Source: Planctomycetota bacterium
GTDB lineage: Bacteria; Planctomycetota; Phycisphaerae; WQYP01
NCBI GenBank assembly: GCA_021800165.1
Contig: JAJYZF010000016.1
Location: forward strand, 1,223 to 65,222
DNA: 64,000 nucleotides
Reading direction: 5' to 3'
In this document: in pieces, positions 28,012 through 38,557 of the stretch
Layout of the letters: each line of letters starts with the position of its first letter
Numbering within the stretch: the stretch's first letter is position 1
The notes under the pieces: model-generated
What the model was told of the DNA's origin: nothing
Database searches by the model: none
What the model saw: the letters and a program-made list of their open reading frames with translations, nothing else
Position numbers and translations under genes: made by a program

Positions 28012-28836
28012 ATGGTAAAACTCGCGTTTTCAACCAATGCCTATAAAAAACATTCCCTGGAGGAAGCCATCGGCAGTATTGCCGCTCTGGGTTATGCGGG
28101 GGTTGAAATTATGGCCGATGTACCCCATGCGTACCCACCGCATATATCGCCCGAGCGGATACATTCCCTGAAAAGTCTGCTCGAAAAATTTAAACTCGGC
28201 ATTTCGAATGTCAACGCCTTTACCCTCTTTGCCCTGGGCGATACGTACCATCCATCATGGATTGAGTCGGATCCCGCGTTGCGCCAACAGCGCATCGCCC
28301 ATACCCTCAATTGCATTGAGATGACCGCGGCACTGGGAGCCAAAACTATTTCGCTCCAACCCGGCGGACCGATGGGCCATGATACTCGCTCCGCCTGCCT
28401 CGACCGTTACGAAGCTGGCTTGCGGGAAGTGTTGCCCGCTGCTCAAAAACACCACATTATCCTTATGGTGGAGCCTGAACCCGGCCTGCTCATAGAAACC
28501 AGCGCACAGTGCATCGAATTTCTTTCCCGCATCAATCATCCGAATCTCAAAATGAACTGTGACCTGGGGCATTTCTTTTGCGTCGGTGAAGACCCGGCCC
28601 ATGTACTCAAGAGTGCCCAGCCCTGGATTGCCCACATTCATCTGGAGGATATCCGGGAAGACCGCATCCATCAGCACTTAATTCCAGGCCGTGGAGCTAT
28701 GAACTGGCCCGCAATTTTTTCAGCCATCCGGACAATCCAATACGGCGGTTGGATCACGGTGGAATTATATCCGTACGAAAGTACCGCGGAAGAAGCGGCC
28801 CGTGCCGCCATCGATTTTATCCAGAAAGTTGCTTAG
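28012..28836 (+). CDS. Sugar phosphate isomerase/epimerase (xylose-isomerase-like TIM barrel)
   Basis: AP-endonuclease-2/xylose-isomerase-like fold motifs: GYAGVEIMAD, ILMVEPEPGLLIE, HIHLEDI. The ATG at 28012 overlaps the rplK stop. This gene sits where rplA normally lies. Confidence 0.7.
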   Translation: MVKLAFSTNAYKKHSLEEAIGSIAALGYAGVEIMADVPHAYPPHISPERIHSLKSLLEKFKLGISNVNAFTLFALGDTYHPSWIESDPALRQQRIAHTLNCIEMTAALGAKTISLQPGGPMGHDTRSACLDRYEAGLREVLPAAQKHHIILMVEPEPGLLIETSAQCIEFLSRINHPNLKMNCDLGHFFCVGEDPAHVLKSAQPWIAHIHLEDIREDRIHQHLIPGRGAMNWPAIFSAIRTIQYGGWITVELYPYESTAEEAARAAIDFIQKVA

Positions 28837-28921
28837 CAAGGTACCAGCTTCTCCTGCACCCAATCCGGCGTGATCGGTGACACCGCAACCCTGACCGCCC
28901 GCATCTACGAAAGCACGCACC

Positions 28922-30196
28922 ATGGACCACTTCACATATCGCCAGGGACAACTTTACTGCGAACAGGCCCCCGTGGAGGAGATCGTTCGGCAAGTTGGTA
29001 CGCCCGCCTACATTTACTCTTTATCCACGCTCCAGACTCACTATCAGCGTATCGCCGCGGCATTTGCCCCGCTGCACCCGCTGATATGCTATTCCGTTAA
29101 AAGTTGCGGTAACTTGACCATCTTGGCAGCGCTGCGGGCCTGCGGCAGCGGGTTTGATGTAGTTTCCGGCGGTGAACTTTTTCGCGCCCGCCGGGCCGGC
29201 GCGGATCCGTCAAAAATCGTTTTTGCCGGGGTCGGTAAAACCGACCAGGAAATAAATGACGCTTTGGACGCCGGCATTGGCTGGTTTAATATCGAAAGCG
29301 AAGCCGAATTCTGGAATTTGCAGCAACTCGCAGCGCAAAAGTCCGTCCATACCAGGGCCGCGCTCCGCGTCAATCCGGATGTTACCAGCCACGGAACCCA
29401 CGTCAAAACACTTACCGGAAAAAAGGATACGAAATTTGGAGTGGATATTGACCGAGCGGAGGAATTTTATGTACAGGCCGCCGCTGCCACACACGCCCGG
29501 CTCAATGCCTTGCATTTGCACATCGGCTCACCCATTAAAACGGTGCAACCCTACGTGGACGCCATTGGCAAGGCTCTCAACCTGATCCAACGCCTCAAGC
29601 AGCGCGGCATCACTCTGGACACCATGGATATCGGGGGAGGATTCGCCGCGTTCTATGAAGGGAACGAAGCCCCGCCAGCGGAAACCTACGCCGCGGCCAT
29701 TGTCCCCCTGCTGCAAAATTCGGGACTGAAAGTGTTGCTTGAGCCGGGTCGATCCATTTCCTGTAACGCTGGTATCCTTGTGTCCCGCGTCCAATACGTG
29801 AAACAGGGCGGTCGCCGCAAATTTATCATCGTGGACGCCGCCATGAACGATCTCATTCGCCCCACCCTTTACGAAAGCTACCATTTTATATGGCCGACCG
29901 CATCGACTCACCCGCCAGCCAGCCGACTTAGCACACTGCGAAGTCCCGATGATGAACTCGTCGATGTGGTGGGACCGATCTGCGAAAGTGGTGATTATTT
30001 TGCCCGGGATCGCTATCTACCGACGCTGCGCCGAGGCGATCTGCTGGCCGTCTTTTCCGCTGGAGCCTACGGCTTTGCCATGAGCAGCCAATATAATGCT
30101 CGCCCCCGGGCCGTGGAAGTTCTTGTGGATGGTTCCAACTGGCGCATCATCCGCAAACGCGAAAGCTATGAAGATCTTATTCACGGCGAGGAATAA
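28922..30196 (+). CDS. lysA: Diaminopimelate decarboxylase
   Basis: PLP fold III decarboxylase with the motifs YSVKSCGN, HIGS, EPGRSISCNAGILV and CESGD. Confidence 0.85.
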   Translation: MDHFTYRQGQLYCEQAPVEEIVRQVGTPAYIYSLSTLQTHYQRIAAAFAPLHPLICYSVKSCGNLTILAALRACGSGFDVVSGGELFRARRAGADPSKIVFAGVGKTDQEINDALDAGIGWFNIESEAEFWNLQQLAAQKSVHTRAALRVNPDVTSHGTHVKTLTGKKDTKFGVDIDRAEEFYVQAAAATHARLNALHLHIGSPIKTVQPYVDAIGKALNLIQRLKQRGITLDTMDIGGGFAAFYEGNEAPPAETYAAAIVPLLQNSGLKVLLEPGRSISCNAGILVSRVQYVKQGGRRKFIIVDAAMNDLIRPTLYESYHFIWPTASTHPPASRLSTLRSPDDELVDVVGPICESGDYFARDRYLPTLRRGDLLAVFSAGAYGFAMSSQYNARPRAVEVLVDGSNWRIIRKRESYEDLIHGEE

Positions 30197-30202
30197 ATCA
30201 CC

Positions 30203-30613
30203 ATGATCAGCCGTTACATGGACTCTGTTCCCTATCTAAAAAGCCAACAATTCATCGAAGGCTATATCTGGGCGATTGCCGCAACGCCGGAGTTCCCGGC
30301 CGGCACAGTATTATCCCTTGAGTCTCCGCAGGCTTATGTGGGCACTTTGCCTGATGGCACAAAACTAATCGCATCTCCATCCGATACCCCGCCGCAGCTA
30401 TCAGGTGCTCTGGTCCGACCCTGGACCGTGCAACTCTACAATGACGCGGCAAAAACCATTCCCCTGGCTTTTCTGGAGCAAAACAGCGGACGCTACGTGC
30501 AACTCGAATCCTTTGGCCTGGGTCTTGATGGCGAACCCCTGATCGACCGGCCCGCAAGATGTAAATTCCTGGTCGGCACGACCAATGCGCAAACACGCGT
30601 GTGTCCGGAATAA
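30203..30613 (+). CDS. Hypothetical protein
   Basis: 136-aa ORF 6 bp after lysA. Composition is coding-like. No family recognised. Confidence 0.4.
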   Translation: MISRYMDSVPYLKSQQFIEGYIWAIAATPEFPAGTVLSLESPQAYVGTLPDGTKLIASPSDTPPQLSGALVRPWTVQLYNDAAKTIPLAFLEQNSGRYVQLESFGLGLDGEPLIDRPARCKFLVGTTNAQTRVCPE

Positions 30614-30630
30614 CTCCATCATCATGGAAG

Positions 30631-31854
30631 TCATTCCCGCGGGGCCAGTACTTCGGTTTCCAGCGGGCTAACCATGCGATACCGTATGCCGCGCCACGTC
30701 ATGCGCCGCCCCACACCCGCCACAATCAGTGTCAGCAGTATCCATGCCTGCACCAGCGGAAAGCCCAGCGCATACCACCATCGCACACGATCCAACTCTG
30801 CGGCGTGATTTGGCAGCAGCCGGCGGCCACCGCGCAAGAGCATCAGTCCGCGCAATATACTCAGCACGTACAGCACGACCAACACCGCCAACGAGCCCAT
30901 CGCTCCACCCCATTGGTGCAGATAAAGACCAATAACCGCGAAATAAAACGCTGAAAACAGTGTCAAAAGATATAGTGCGGAACCTGCGGTAGCGCTGGCC
31001 CATAAGTGCCACGAACTTATCCGGGTAATACGAAACTGCCGGGTCATAAACTCAAAGAGCCTGGAAAAACTATAATCTGCCGTAGATGCAACCAGACACT
31101 GTGGCACAAAATGAATCTTCACGCCGTTTTTTTTTCGAACACACCATGAAAGCGTAAAATCGTCACTAAGAGCGTGGTTCCACGCCGCGTCCACACCATA
31201 GCCATAAAAATCGGCGCGCCGAATAGCCATGGAGCCGCCCCATGCCACCGTGCGCCTGTAGGGACCAAATAGACTCGCCACAATCGCATTGGATATCGAA
31301 ACAATGGCATTGGCTGGATGCGAGTTCACCGGTATATAAAACCTGTAACCCGTCGTCGCACCGATGTGCGGGCCATATCCCAACGGCCCGACCAAGGCCT
31401 GCAAACACTGCGGTCCTAAATTTGCATCGCCATCCACAAACGCCAACACTTCGTCCTGCTCCGTCGTCGCCGCAACCGCCCTTAACGCGTTTTGCACCTT
31501 CTGACCTCTTTCCGTCGCCCGGCCGGCCACCACAAGAGCCAGCTTGCCCGACGGCAGCTTTTCTTGAAACTCACGAATCGCATCGCACACCGGATCATCC
31601 AAGCTTTCCACCGTGGCAATGACCCGATAATTCCGATAGGCTTGATTGAGTATCGCTTCCAAATTTGCGCCAGTGCCCGATTCCACGCCCTTGATGGGCA
31701 AAATGACCGCCACCTGTGGGGACCAGTCCGGAACAGGGCGAGCTGCCACCTTCGGCATTCTATAGCTGAAAAACTGCGCAATTCTCAGGCCCCACACCGC
31801 CAGCAGCAACTCTATGCCCCAAAGCACCAGGAAAATCAGCGTTTGCAAAATCAC
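30631..31854 (-). CDS. Membrane-associated glycosyltransferase family 2 (ceramide-glucosyltransferase/HpnI-like architecture)
   Basis: N-terminal TM, a GT-A core (VAVILPIKG...D, a DxD-like FVDGD), and C-terminal TM helices. Specific assignment is uncertain. Confidence 0.55.
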   Translation of the reverse strand: MILQTLIFLVLWGIELLLAVWGLRIAQFFSYRMPKVAARPVPDWSPQVAVILPIKGVESGTGANLEAILNQAYRNYRVIATVESLDDPVCDAIREFQEKLPSGKLALVVAGRATERGQKVQNALRAVAATTEQDEVLAFVDGDANLGPQCLQALVGPLGYGPHIGATTGYRFYIPVNSHPANAIVSISNAIVASLFGPYRRTVAWGGSMAIRRADFYGYGVDAAWNHALSDDFTLSWCVRKKNGVKIHFVPQCLVASTADYSFSRLFEFMTRQFRITRISSWHLWASATAGSALYLLTLFSAFYFAVIGLYLHQWGGAMGSLAVLVVLYVLSILRGLMLLRGGRRLLPNHAAELDRVRWWYALGFPLVQAWILLTLIVAGVGRRMTWRGIRYRMVSPLETEVLAPRE

Positions 31855-32175
31855 CTCTTGTTCAAACCCACGCCATCATACCCTCGATTTTAAATGGCGC
31901 AAATGGCCTCGGTACCAGCGCCTGGCAGGTTCATTTTAATCTGTCTCACGCGAAATCGCATAACATTCCTCAAAAAAACGCGGCCAAATCATCCGACACA
32001 CGATGAGGCTGGAATCTATGGTTGCATAGAAAGCCCGTGGAGGGCCTGGCTTGATAATCGTCCACGGAACACCAGCCCCGCCCATCAAATAACAGAAAAA
32101 TGCCTCTGATTTGACTATCATTTACTATAATCTTGGCTCTTGACTTCACCGGCAGGAAGCTTATGATTCTTAACT

Positions 32176-32406
32176 ATGAGCAGCAATCGGTCTGTTATTT
32201 TCATACGCGTCGTCTCTGGCATCATCGCTTCTGCGACGCTGGTGGCGGCACCGGAAGCCGTGCAGGCGCAACTGCGGAAGGTGCCACCCGCGATTCCACG
32301 TATCACCCAGCCCCACGGACCGATGCCCGCATATATTATCTCCGGCTTGGCACTGGTGATGGTCACGGTGATGGCGTTTCGCAGTGCCCATCGCCGCAAG
32401 CCGTAA
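32176..32406 (+). CDS. Small hypothetical protein with N-terminal signal-like and C-terminal TM plus basic tail (RRKP)
   Basis: 76 aa. The C-terminal architecture (short motif, one TM helix, Arg/Lys tail) resembles sorting-signal proteins. Weak evidence. Confidence 0.3.
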   Translation: MSSNRSVIFIRVVSGIIASATLVAAPEAVQAQLRKVPPAIPRITQPHGPMPAYIISGLALVMVTVMAFRSAHRRKP

Positions 32407-32547
32407 ATGGCCGGAATTGGCGGACCACGAATGGTAAGAACCACGCAGGATAAAGTAAGGCTTAATGAACGCTGATTTTCACAGCATCATACTGGCGCTT
32501 TTCCCTGGAGATGGTTTCAGATCGTTTTTTTTATAAGGAGGTGTCTT

Positions 32548-32835
32548 ATGACACGAACCAAATGGCTGATTGGCGGACTGGCTGCACTTAACCTGGTCCT
32601 GTTGGCGGGAATCGCCCAACACCTGCATACGCCGGCCGCGCGTGGTCAGGTGGCTGGTGCCGGCGGATATTTATTTGCATCCGGACAGGCCAATCTTGGT
32701 GGCGTGGTGTATGTGCTCAACACCAACACCGGCGTCATATCAGGCATCATCTCACAGGGCAACAGTATACAAAATCCTCTTTTTATTGCCCCGCACAACA
32801 TCGGTGCCGACGTGAAACGCATTCTCAAACGCTAA
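32548..32835 (+). CDS. Small secreted hypothetical protein (paralog A)
   Basis: 95 aa with a strong AAGGAGG RBS and a signal peptide MTRTKWLIGGLAALNLVLLAGIA. Same size and organisation as the next ORF. Confidence 0.55.
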   Translation: MTRTKWLIGGLAALNLVLLAGIAQHLHTPAARGQVAGAGGYLFASGQANLGGVVYVLNTNTGVISGIISQGNSIQNPLFIAPHNIGADVKRILKR

Positions 32836-32939
32836 AAGGCCCGTTGCCTGTGACCCACCTGGCCGTCAATATTGTCCATTGGCCAACGCTGGCCCGGCCA
32901 CACGATAAATTCTGACCACCCCATACACGGAGTATCAAC

Positions 32940-33227
32940 ATGAAACGTGATTCACTTTTGATCGGCATGCTTCTCACCACCGCTCTGATCATGAGCGTGG
33001 CATTTCTCACCTCCGGTAATCGACCAGCCACGCGGGCGGACATCCTGACCACCGGCGGAGATTACACCATGCTTACCTGGGGCAGCGGTGGCATGAATGC
33101 CAACTTTCTGACCGTCTACGACCAGCGCCATAAACTGATGCTTTCTTACCTCCTTGATGGCCGGGTACTTAAACTGCAAAGTTATGTGTCCTTGCGGCGC
33201 CGGTTCCACCCGCAACCCCTGCGCTAA
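32940..33227 (+). CDS. Small secreted hypothetical protein (paralog B)
   Basis: 95 aa with a GGAG RBS and a signal peptide MKRDSLLIGMLLTTALIMSVAFLTSG. Loosely similar to paralog A (GG.Y...G.GG...). Confidence 0.5.
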   Translation: MKRDSLLIGMLLTTALIMSVAFLTSGNRPATRADILTTGGDYTMLTWGSGGMNANFLTVYDQRHKLMLSYLLDGRVLKLQSYVSLRRRFHPQPLR

Positions 33228-33342
33228 AAACGCACCAGCAAGACGTGGCATTACGTTTTACCCTTTTGGACCCGCTGGCCGGAGAGCCGGGATTTAATGC
33301 CTTGGACCCCCTACTCAAAACGCCAAGCGTAAGGAGAATTTC

Positions 33343-34461
33343 GTGCTGCAACTGGTTGAATCCCTGGCCCAAAAGGCTTTGGCGGGTGAAATGCTCACCC
33401 GCGCCGATGCTCGATCGCTTATCGCGGTGAACGATGACGATGTTTACGATCTGTTTTACTGGGCCAACAAAATCCGCATCCGCTTCAAAGGTCGGGACGT
33501 AAGGTTTTGTGCCATTGTGGCCGCCAAGGTCGGAGGATGCTCCGAAGATTGCAAATTTTGTGCCCAGTCATCCCATTACCAGACCACCATACAAGGCCAG
33601 GCCAAATTAACCGATCAGCAGGTACTCGATAGCGCGGTCCATGCCGCTGAAGTCGGGGCGGATAGCTTCGGCATTGTCAACAGTGGGCGCGGTCCGACCC
33701 GCGGAGAACTGGAAGGCTGGCTGGCACCTTTGTTGCAAAAGATCGCTACCGCCGGCAAAACCCGTGCCTGCGCTACACTTGGAGCGCTCACTCCGGAAAC
33801 CGCCCGCTTTCTGCATGACAATGGCGTGCGGCGCGTGAATCACAACTTGGAAACCAGTCGGAATTTCTATCCGTCCATTGTCTCAACCCACCCTTATGAA
33901 GAGCGCCTCAACACGCTTAAAATTGCCAAGGACGCCGGGCTTTCACTGTGTTCCGGCGGCATTTTCGGCATGGGTGAAACATGGGAAGACCGCTTGGACA
34001 TGGTCTTTACCCTGCGCGATATCGGTGTGGATGTAATGCCGCTGAACTTTCTCAACGCCATCGCCGGCACGCCGTTGCAGGATATGCCCAAGCTGCCACC
34101 GATGGAATGTCTCAAAATTATCAGTCTATGCCGCTTCATTTATCCCGCCGTGGAACTCAAGGTAGCCGGTGGGCGCGAAGTATGCCTCCGCGACATGCAA
34201 AGCTGGATATTCTTTGCCGGGGCCGACAGCACCATGATCGGCAATTATCTGACCACTTATGGCCGCAGTCCAGCCGCGGATCACCAGATGGTTCGCGATC
34301 TGGGCTTGCACTGGCGCGGCTACGCCGATGGCCCGGTGCCGCCCAATGCCGACCGGCCAACGCTTTCCCGAGTCAGCCATACCGGCCGCTTCAACATTCC
34401 GATTTACCACGAAGCTGAAGCATCGGTCACGCAGGAAACCGCCGCCGCGGCTTTGCGCTAA
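33343..34461 (+). CDS. bioB: Biotin synthase with a ~50-aa C-terminal extension
   Basis: Radical-SAM motif CSEDCKFCAQS (BioB-type CxxxCxxC) and the YNHNLETS motif. 372 aa versus ~320 typical. Confidence 0.8.
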   Translation: MLQLVESLAQKALAGEMLTRADARSLIAVNDDDVYDLFYWANKIRIRFKGRDVRFCAIVAAKVGGCSEDCKFCAQSSHYQTTIQGQAKLTDQQVLDSAVHAAEVGADSFGIVNSGRGPTRGELEGWLAPLLQKIATAGKTRACATLGALTPETARFLHDNGVRRVNHNLETSRNFYPSIVSTHPYEERLNTLKIAKDAGLSLCSGGIFGMGETWEDRLDMVFTLRDIGVDVMPLNFLNAIAGTPLQDMPKLPPMECLKIISLCRFIYPAVELKVAGGREVCLRDMQSWIFFAGADSTMIGNYLTTYGRSPAADHQMVRDLGLHWRGYADGPVPPNADRPTLSRVSHTGRFNIPIYHEAEASVTQETAAAALR

Positions 34462-35306
34462 CGCTTGGGTGGACGGAGAGGCTCCACCGGCTGCAAAATT
34501 TTCCGGCGGGCCGGCGTAAGCCGTTGCAGCAACGATTGCGAATATTCAAACCCAAACCGCGTGGCCGCCCACAGCGGCCCATAGCGATATATCGTCACCC
34601 GTCGCTCGCCGGTGAGGTTGGTCCGGCTGGATCCACCATGCATCAGACCATCGACAAAAAGCACCGCATCCCCGGCTTTGAGATACACCGGAATCGCCCC
34701 GGGAAGCATGTCCATGACATCACCCTTGGCATAATCCCCGGCCTGCGGATGTGGAAAGTTGGATTTGTGGCTGCCCGGAATTACCATCGTCGGCCCATCA
34801 CCGGGGCCGATGTCGGCCAAGGCCAGAATGATGTTGCATTGGCCGCACCGAAACACCCCGTTGGCGTAGTGATACGCCCCGCGCAAAGCCCCACGATAGC
34901 CGCCGGAATGAACCGGGTGGTGCCCACCCGAGCGACGGATTGAAGCAATGGCCTCGTCTATAAACAACCCCTGCACGTAACTGTCCTGTTCGCCGCAGTA
35001 CCGCAGTACGTATTGAATCCAACCGGGATGATCGATCAACTCCTCAAACGGCGCGCCACATTCCACCGCATTGTGCAGCTCGTAACCGGTGTGCTCGTTA
35101 TAGTCCCGCCGCTGGGCATTGCCCCACCATTCGTTGAGCTTCAGATCGGGAAATTGATCAAACGCGGCGTTGAGCCGCATCAGCAACGCCGCGTCCACCG
35201 CTTGGTGCAGGATCAGGTAGCCGTTGAGATCAAAGAAAAAATCGTCCAAGGCCGTCGGCTCGCGCACCAAACTCGAAACCTTTCCTGATGAACTGGCAGT
35301 CGCCAT
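34458..35306 (-). CDS. Phytanoyl-CoA dioxygenase (PhyH) family Fe(II)/2-oxoglutarate oxygenase
   Basis: PhyH-like size and motifs (FIDEAIAS..., GGHHPVHSGG, a C-terminal ...HGGSSRTN... with a 2OG-binding R/T). The start is placed at the ATG at 35306, which has an AAGGAAA RBS. Confidence 0.5.
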   Translation of the reverse strand: MATASSSGKVSSLVREPTALDDFFFDLNGYLILHQAVDAALLMRLNAAFDQFPDLKLNEWWGNAQRRDYNEHTGYELHNAVECGAPFEELIDHPGWIQYVLRYCGEQDSYVQGLFIDEAIASIRRSGGHHPVHSGGYRGALRGAYHYANGVFRCGQCNIILALADIGPGDGPTMVIPGSHKSNFPHPQAGDYAKGDVMDMLPGAIPVYLKAGDAVLFVDGLMHGGSSRTNLTGERRVTIYRYGPLWAATRFGFEYSQSLLQRLTPARRKILQPVEPLRPPKR

Positions 35307-35423
35307 AACGTTTCCTTTCAATGAAACATAGCCGTTCTCATCTTTTCTTATAATTACGGATAGAGGCCGTGCAATCATCCACTTTTTGTGCTATACTTCT
35401 CCTGTTTCCTAAGTAAACCTAGG

Positions 35424-36284
35424 ATGGCCATTGTCATGGGTTTCCCATACCAGCACCCCCACCAACAGGAAAACTTTGGATTTAATGTCTGGAGCGGCCC
35501 GCTTCAGCCCCAGCACCAGGCCCATGCCCATACCGAAATTGAATGGAATTTCCTTTTATCCGGAGCCGCTCGCTACTTCATCGCCGGTCGATTCCAACCC
35601 CTTAGCGTCGGCCGTCTGGCCCTGTTCTGGGCCGCCATGCCGCACCGCCTGATGGATGCCCAACCCGGTTCCCGTATGATCTGGGTAACCCTGCCCATCG
35701 CCTGGCTGATGCAATGGAATCTTGGCCCACGCCTCGTTGAACCCATGCTGGAGGGTCAATTACTGCTGGAGCCAAACACAACTTCCGGCCCATGCGACCG
35801 CGCCCTGCTGGAGCGATGGACTCTCGACTGTGCCAGTTCCTCGCCCCACCGCCGTCAGGCTGCAATCCTGGAGGTCCATGCCCGTTTGCACCGCTTCGCC
35901 GACGCACTAAGCGCCCAACGCGCCAAACAGTCGCTCGACGAAACAGGTGCAGATCATATTCATCGGCTCACCGCTTTCGCCAGTGTTCATTTTCTTGAAG
36001 ATATCCAAGTGACCGCAATCGCACGAGCTGCGGGCTTGCATCCCAATTACGCCATGGGACTATTCAAAGCCGGCTGTGGTATGAGCCTGTGGGAATATGT
36101 CACCCGCCTGCGCATCGGGCACGCCCAGCGGCTATTACTCACCACCAACCACAAAATAACCATGGTCGCCCTGCACAGCGGATTCAACTCTCCCAGCCGC
36201 TTTTACCAAGCCTTCCAAGATATTGTGGGCTGTACCCCCACCGCCTACCGCCAGTCCGTCGGCCAGGCCGGACGATCACGCTGA
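35424..36284 (+). CDS. AraC-family transcriptional regulator (cupin N-domain plus AraC HTH)
   Basis: C-terminal HTH IARAAGLHPNYAMGLFKAGCGMSLWEYVTRLRIGHAQRLLLTTNHKITMVALHSGFNSPSRFYQAFQDIVGCTPTAYRQ. It is divergent from the PhyH gene. Confidence 0.75.
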   Translation: MAIVMGFPYQHPHQQENFGFNVWSGPLQPQHQAHAHTEIEWNFLLSGAARYFIAGRFQPLSVGRLALFWAAMPHRLMDAQPGSRMIWVTLPIAWLMQWNLGPRLVEPMLEGQLLLEPNTTSGPCDRALLERWTLDCASSSPHRRQAAILEVHARLHRFADALSAQRAKQSLDETGADHIHRLTAFASVHFLEDIQVTAIARAAGLHPNYAMGLFKAGCGMSLWEYVTRLRIGHAQRLLLTTNHKITMVALHSGFNSPSRFYQAFQDIVGCTPTAYRQSVGQAGRSR

Positions 36285-36301
36285 TGGTCCGGCCGCCGCG
36301 G

Positions 36302-38278
36302 TTAATCCGGCCCGCTGCCCCCGACACTTTCCGCCACTTCATCGGCGTTGCGGTGCCCAATGACCTGGCCATTATCCCGCACATCCACCGCCCGTTCCTT
36401 AAGAATTTTGAACAACTTGCCCAGGTCCACAATCACGCCCCAGGTAAACCACGCGGTCGTCAGCGGAGAGAGCACAATCAGCACAATAATGTAGACCAGA
36501 CCCCAATTCCACCAATCCAAATTAGACCACGGATCAACCAAGTTGATCCCCGTGATCACCACAAATGCCGCAAACCAGAACATGCTCCAGACAAAAAAAC
36601 TCGCCGAGATAAATTTATCCCCACGGGTAAAGTTTTCATCGAATCCCAGCAGCAATTTTTTCCATTGCCGGATACGCGAGCGTGTTTCCACATTGACCGC
36701 ATCCTCCGCCCGGGCATAGATGCCGCGATGCAACATGCGATCCATATTAAACGGTTCGCGGCAGGTGGCCAATGAGACAATGACGTAGCTGGCGACGGCG
36801 ACGATCATGGTAATACCGAAAATCTCCTGGCCATTGAGGAAAAAGTGTGGCCAAATCTGCTCAATGACAATGCCGGCGGTCGCCAATACGGAACCGACCA
36901 GTTGCCCGGCCCAGGCCCCGGCGGCCGTGCCGCGGTTCCAGTACATGCCGCCGATAATCACCGCGCCGCTGCCGCCAAGATAGATCGCCCCGGTAATGGC
37001 AAAGAACATGAAAATATACTGGGTCTGCGAAAACAGCAGGCTAAACAGAAACGCAAAGATCGCAACACCGGTAATCGATAATCGCAGCAACCACAATTGG
37101 CTTTGGGGGGCAATGGTCCGCCGGCGTATCGGCAGAACAATATCCTGAATGAATATGCTGCCCCAGGAATGTAAATAGCTGATATCCACCGCCACCATCA
37201 TCAAAAACATCATCGCCGCAAAGCAGCCGCGTACCCCGGAGGGTAACAAATGCGTTAAGGCCAGCGGTATTTGCTCCTGACTTCTTATCGCCGGATTGGT
37301 GATATGGCTCAATTGAGCACGCACCACCGCGGCCTGCGGGGCAAACTGCGGATTTTTCAGATAAGTAACACCCGCAATTCCCAACAGCAGAAATACCAGC
37401 GTTCGCGATATGCCGCGCCAATTACCCAGTATCCCCGCCATTTTCGCCTCATGAGCATTGGCCGGCGCTGCATTAAACCCCTGATTGCCCTGCCAGCTCA
37501 TCGCGCCGTAGACCCCGCCCACCAAACCAATGACCACGTAGAGAACATTGAAGTTGTGCTGCCCACCCATATCAAACGGATTCAGCAGTGATTTCCCCGG
37601 TGGACCAGAATCCATACCCACATACATCTGATGAAAACTGAACTTCGTTAAAATAGCTCCCGCCACCACCAGAAACAGGACCCCGGATATAAGTCCCTCA
37701 ATACAATCCGTGAGCATACCCTGCAACTGCCCGCCCAGCAGCACGGTATACAGAGCGAAGGCCAGTTCGCACGCCATAAAAAACGGAAATGTCCGTACCG
37801 GCACTGGTCCGAAATGCAATACGTGCGGCATCTGGCAATAGTAGATGAAAAAGTGTGCTCCCACCGCCGGAAAAATCGCGTAATTGAGTACGCCCGAGAT
37901 CACCATGGTCAGGCCCATGAAAATCCGGAAATTGTGCGAGTAACGCACCTCGAAAAACTGGCCCATCGTGAGTACGCGGGTTTCACGGTACCGATAGTAT
38001 ACAAAACCGGTAACGGTCATAATCATCGACAGAGGCAGGGCAATATTGCCCCACCAGTTGATGGCCGTACCCGCCTTGTAAAACATCTGAAACACGGCCA
38101 CCGCGCTGATGGCTCCCATGCTTGCCGTTCCACCCGCCAACGAAAGCAAATACCGCCCTCCCGCCCGACGACTGGCCAGAAAATCCGCCACGCCCACAAT
38201 ATACCGCCGCGATTGCAGACTGATGATAAACACCACCACCGGCGTGGCCAGAAAGATGGCCCAATCAAGTCCCGACAT
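36302..38278 (-). CDS. Sodium:solute symporter family (SSF) transporter
   Basis: 658 aa with ~14 TM helices and SSF-like motifs. Confidence 0.75.
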   Translation of the reverse strand: MSGLDWAIFLATPVVVFIISLQSRRYIVGVADFLASRRAGGRYLLSLAGGTASMGAISAVAVFQMFYKAGTAINWWGNIALPLSMIMTVTGFVYYRYRETRVLTMGQFFEVRYSHNFRIFMGLTMVISGVLNYAIFPAVGAHFFIYYCQMPHVLHFGPVPVRTFPFFMACELAFALYTVLLGGQLQGMLTDCIEGLISGVLFLVVAGAILTKFSFHQMYVGMDSGPPGKSLLNPFDMGGQHNFNVLYVVIGLVGGVYGAMSWQGNQGFNAAPANAHEAKMAGILGNWRGISRTLVFLLLGIAGVTYLKNPQFAPQAAVVRAQLSHITNPAIRSQEQIPLALTHLLPSGVRGCFAAMMFLMMVAVDISYLHSWGSIFIQDIVLPIRRRTIAPQSQLWLLRLSITGVAIFAFLFSLLFSQTQYIFMFFAITGAIYLGGSGAVIIGGMYWNRGTAAGAWAGQLVGSVLATAGIVIEQIWPHFFLNGQEIFGITMIVAVASYVIVSLATCREPFNMDRMLHRGIYARAEDAVNVETRSRIRQWKKLLLGFDENFTRGDKFISASFFVWSMFWFAAFVVITGINLVDPWSNLDWWNWGLVYIIVLIVLSPLTTAWFTWGVIVDLGKLFKILKERAVDVRDNGQVIGHRNADEVAESVGGSGPD

Positions 38279-38557
38279 TTAATTTACCCCACATTCCACA
38301 GGCCGTGGCCCGCCACATCTTGCACCAACATCTGGACCGAACATTCCGGATCGCTTGGCCTGTATTCTAACCGCACCTCGACCTTCGGCAATCGTCTTAT
38401 CACGTATCGCGCCTTCCGACACAACAGGCCAGTTCATACCCATCTCCGCCACGCCTCTCAGCTCCGCCGGGAAAAGCCCCTTTGTACCTACTGCCCAGCG
38501 GCGACGCCCGCCCACCCCGGCATTCTCCGATGCTTCACCGTATTCCCAAATCTCTTT

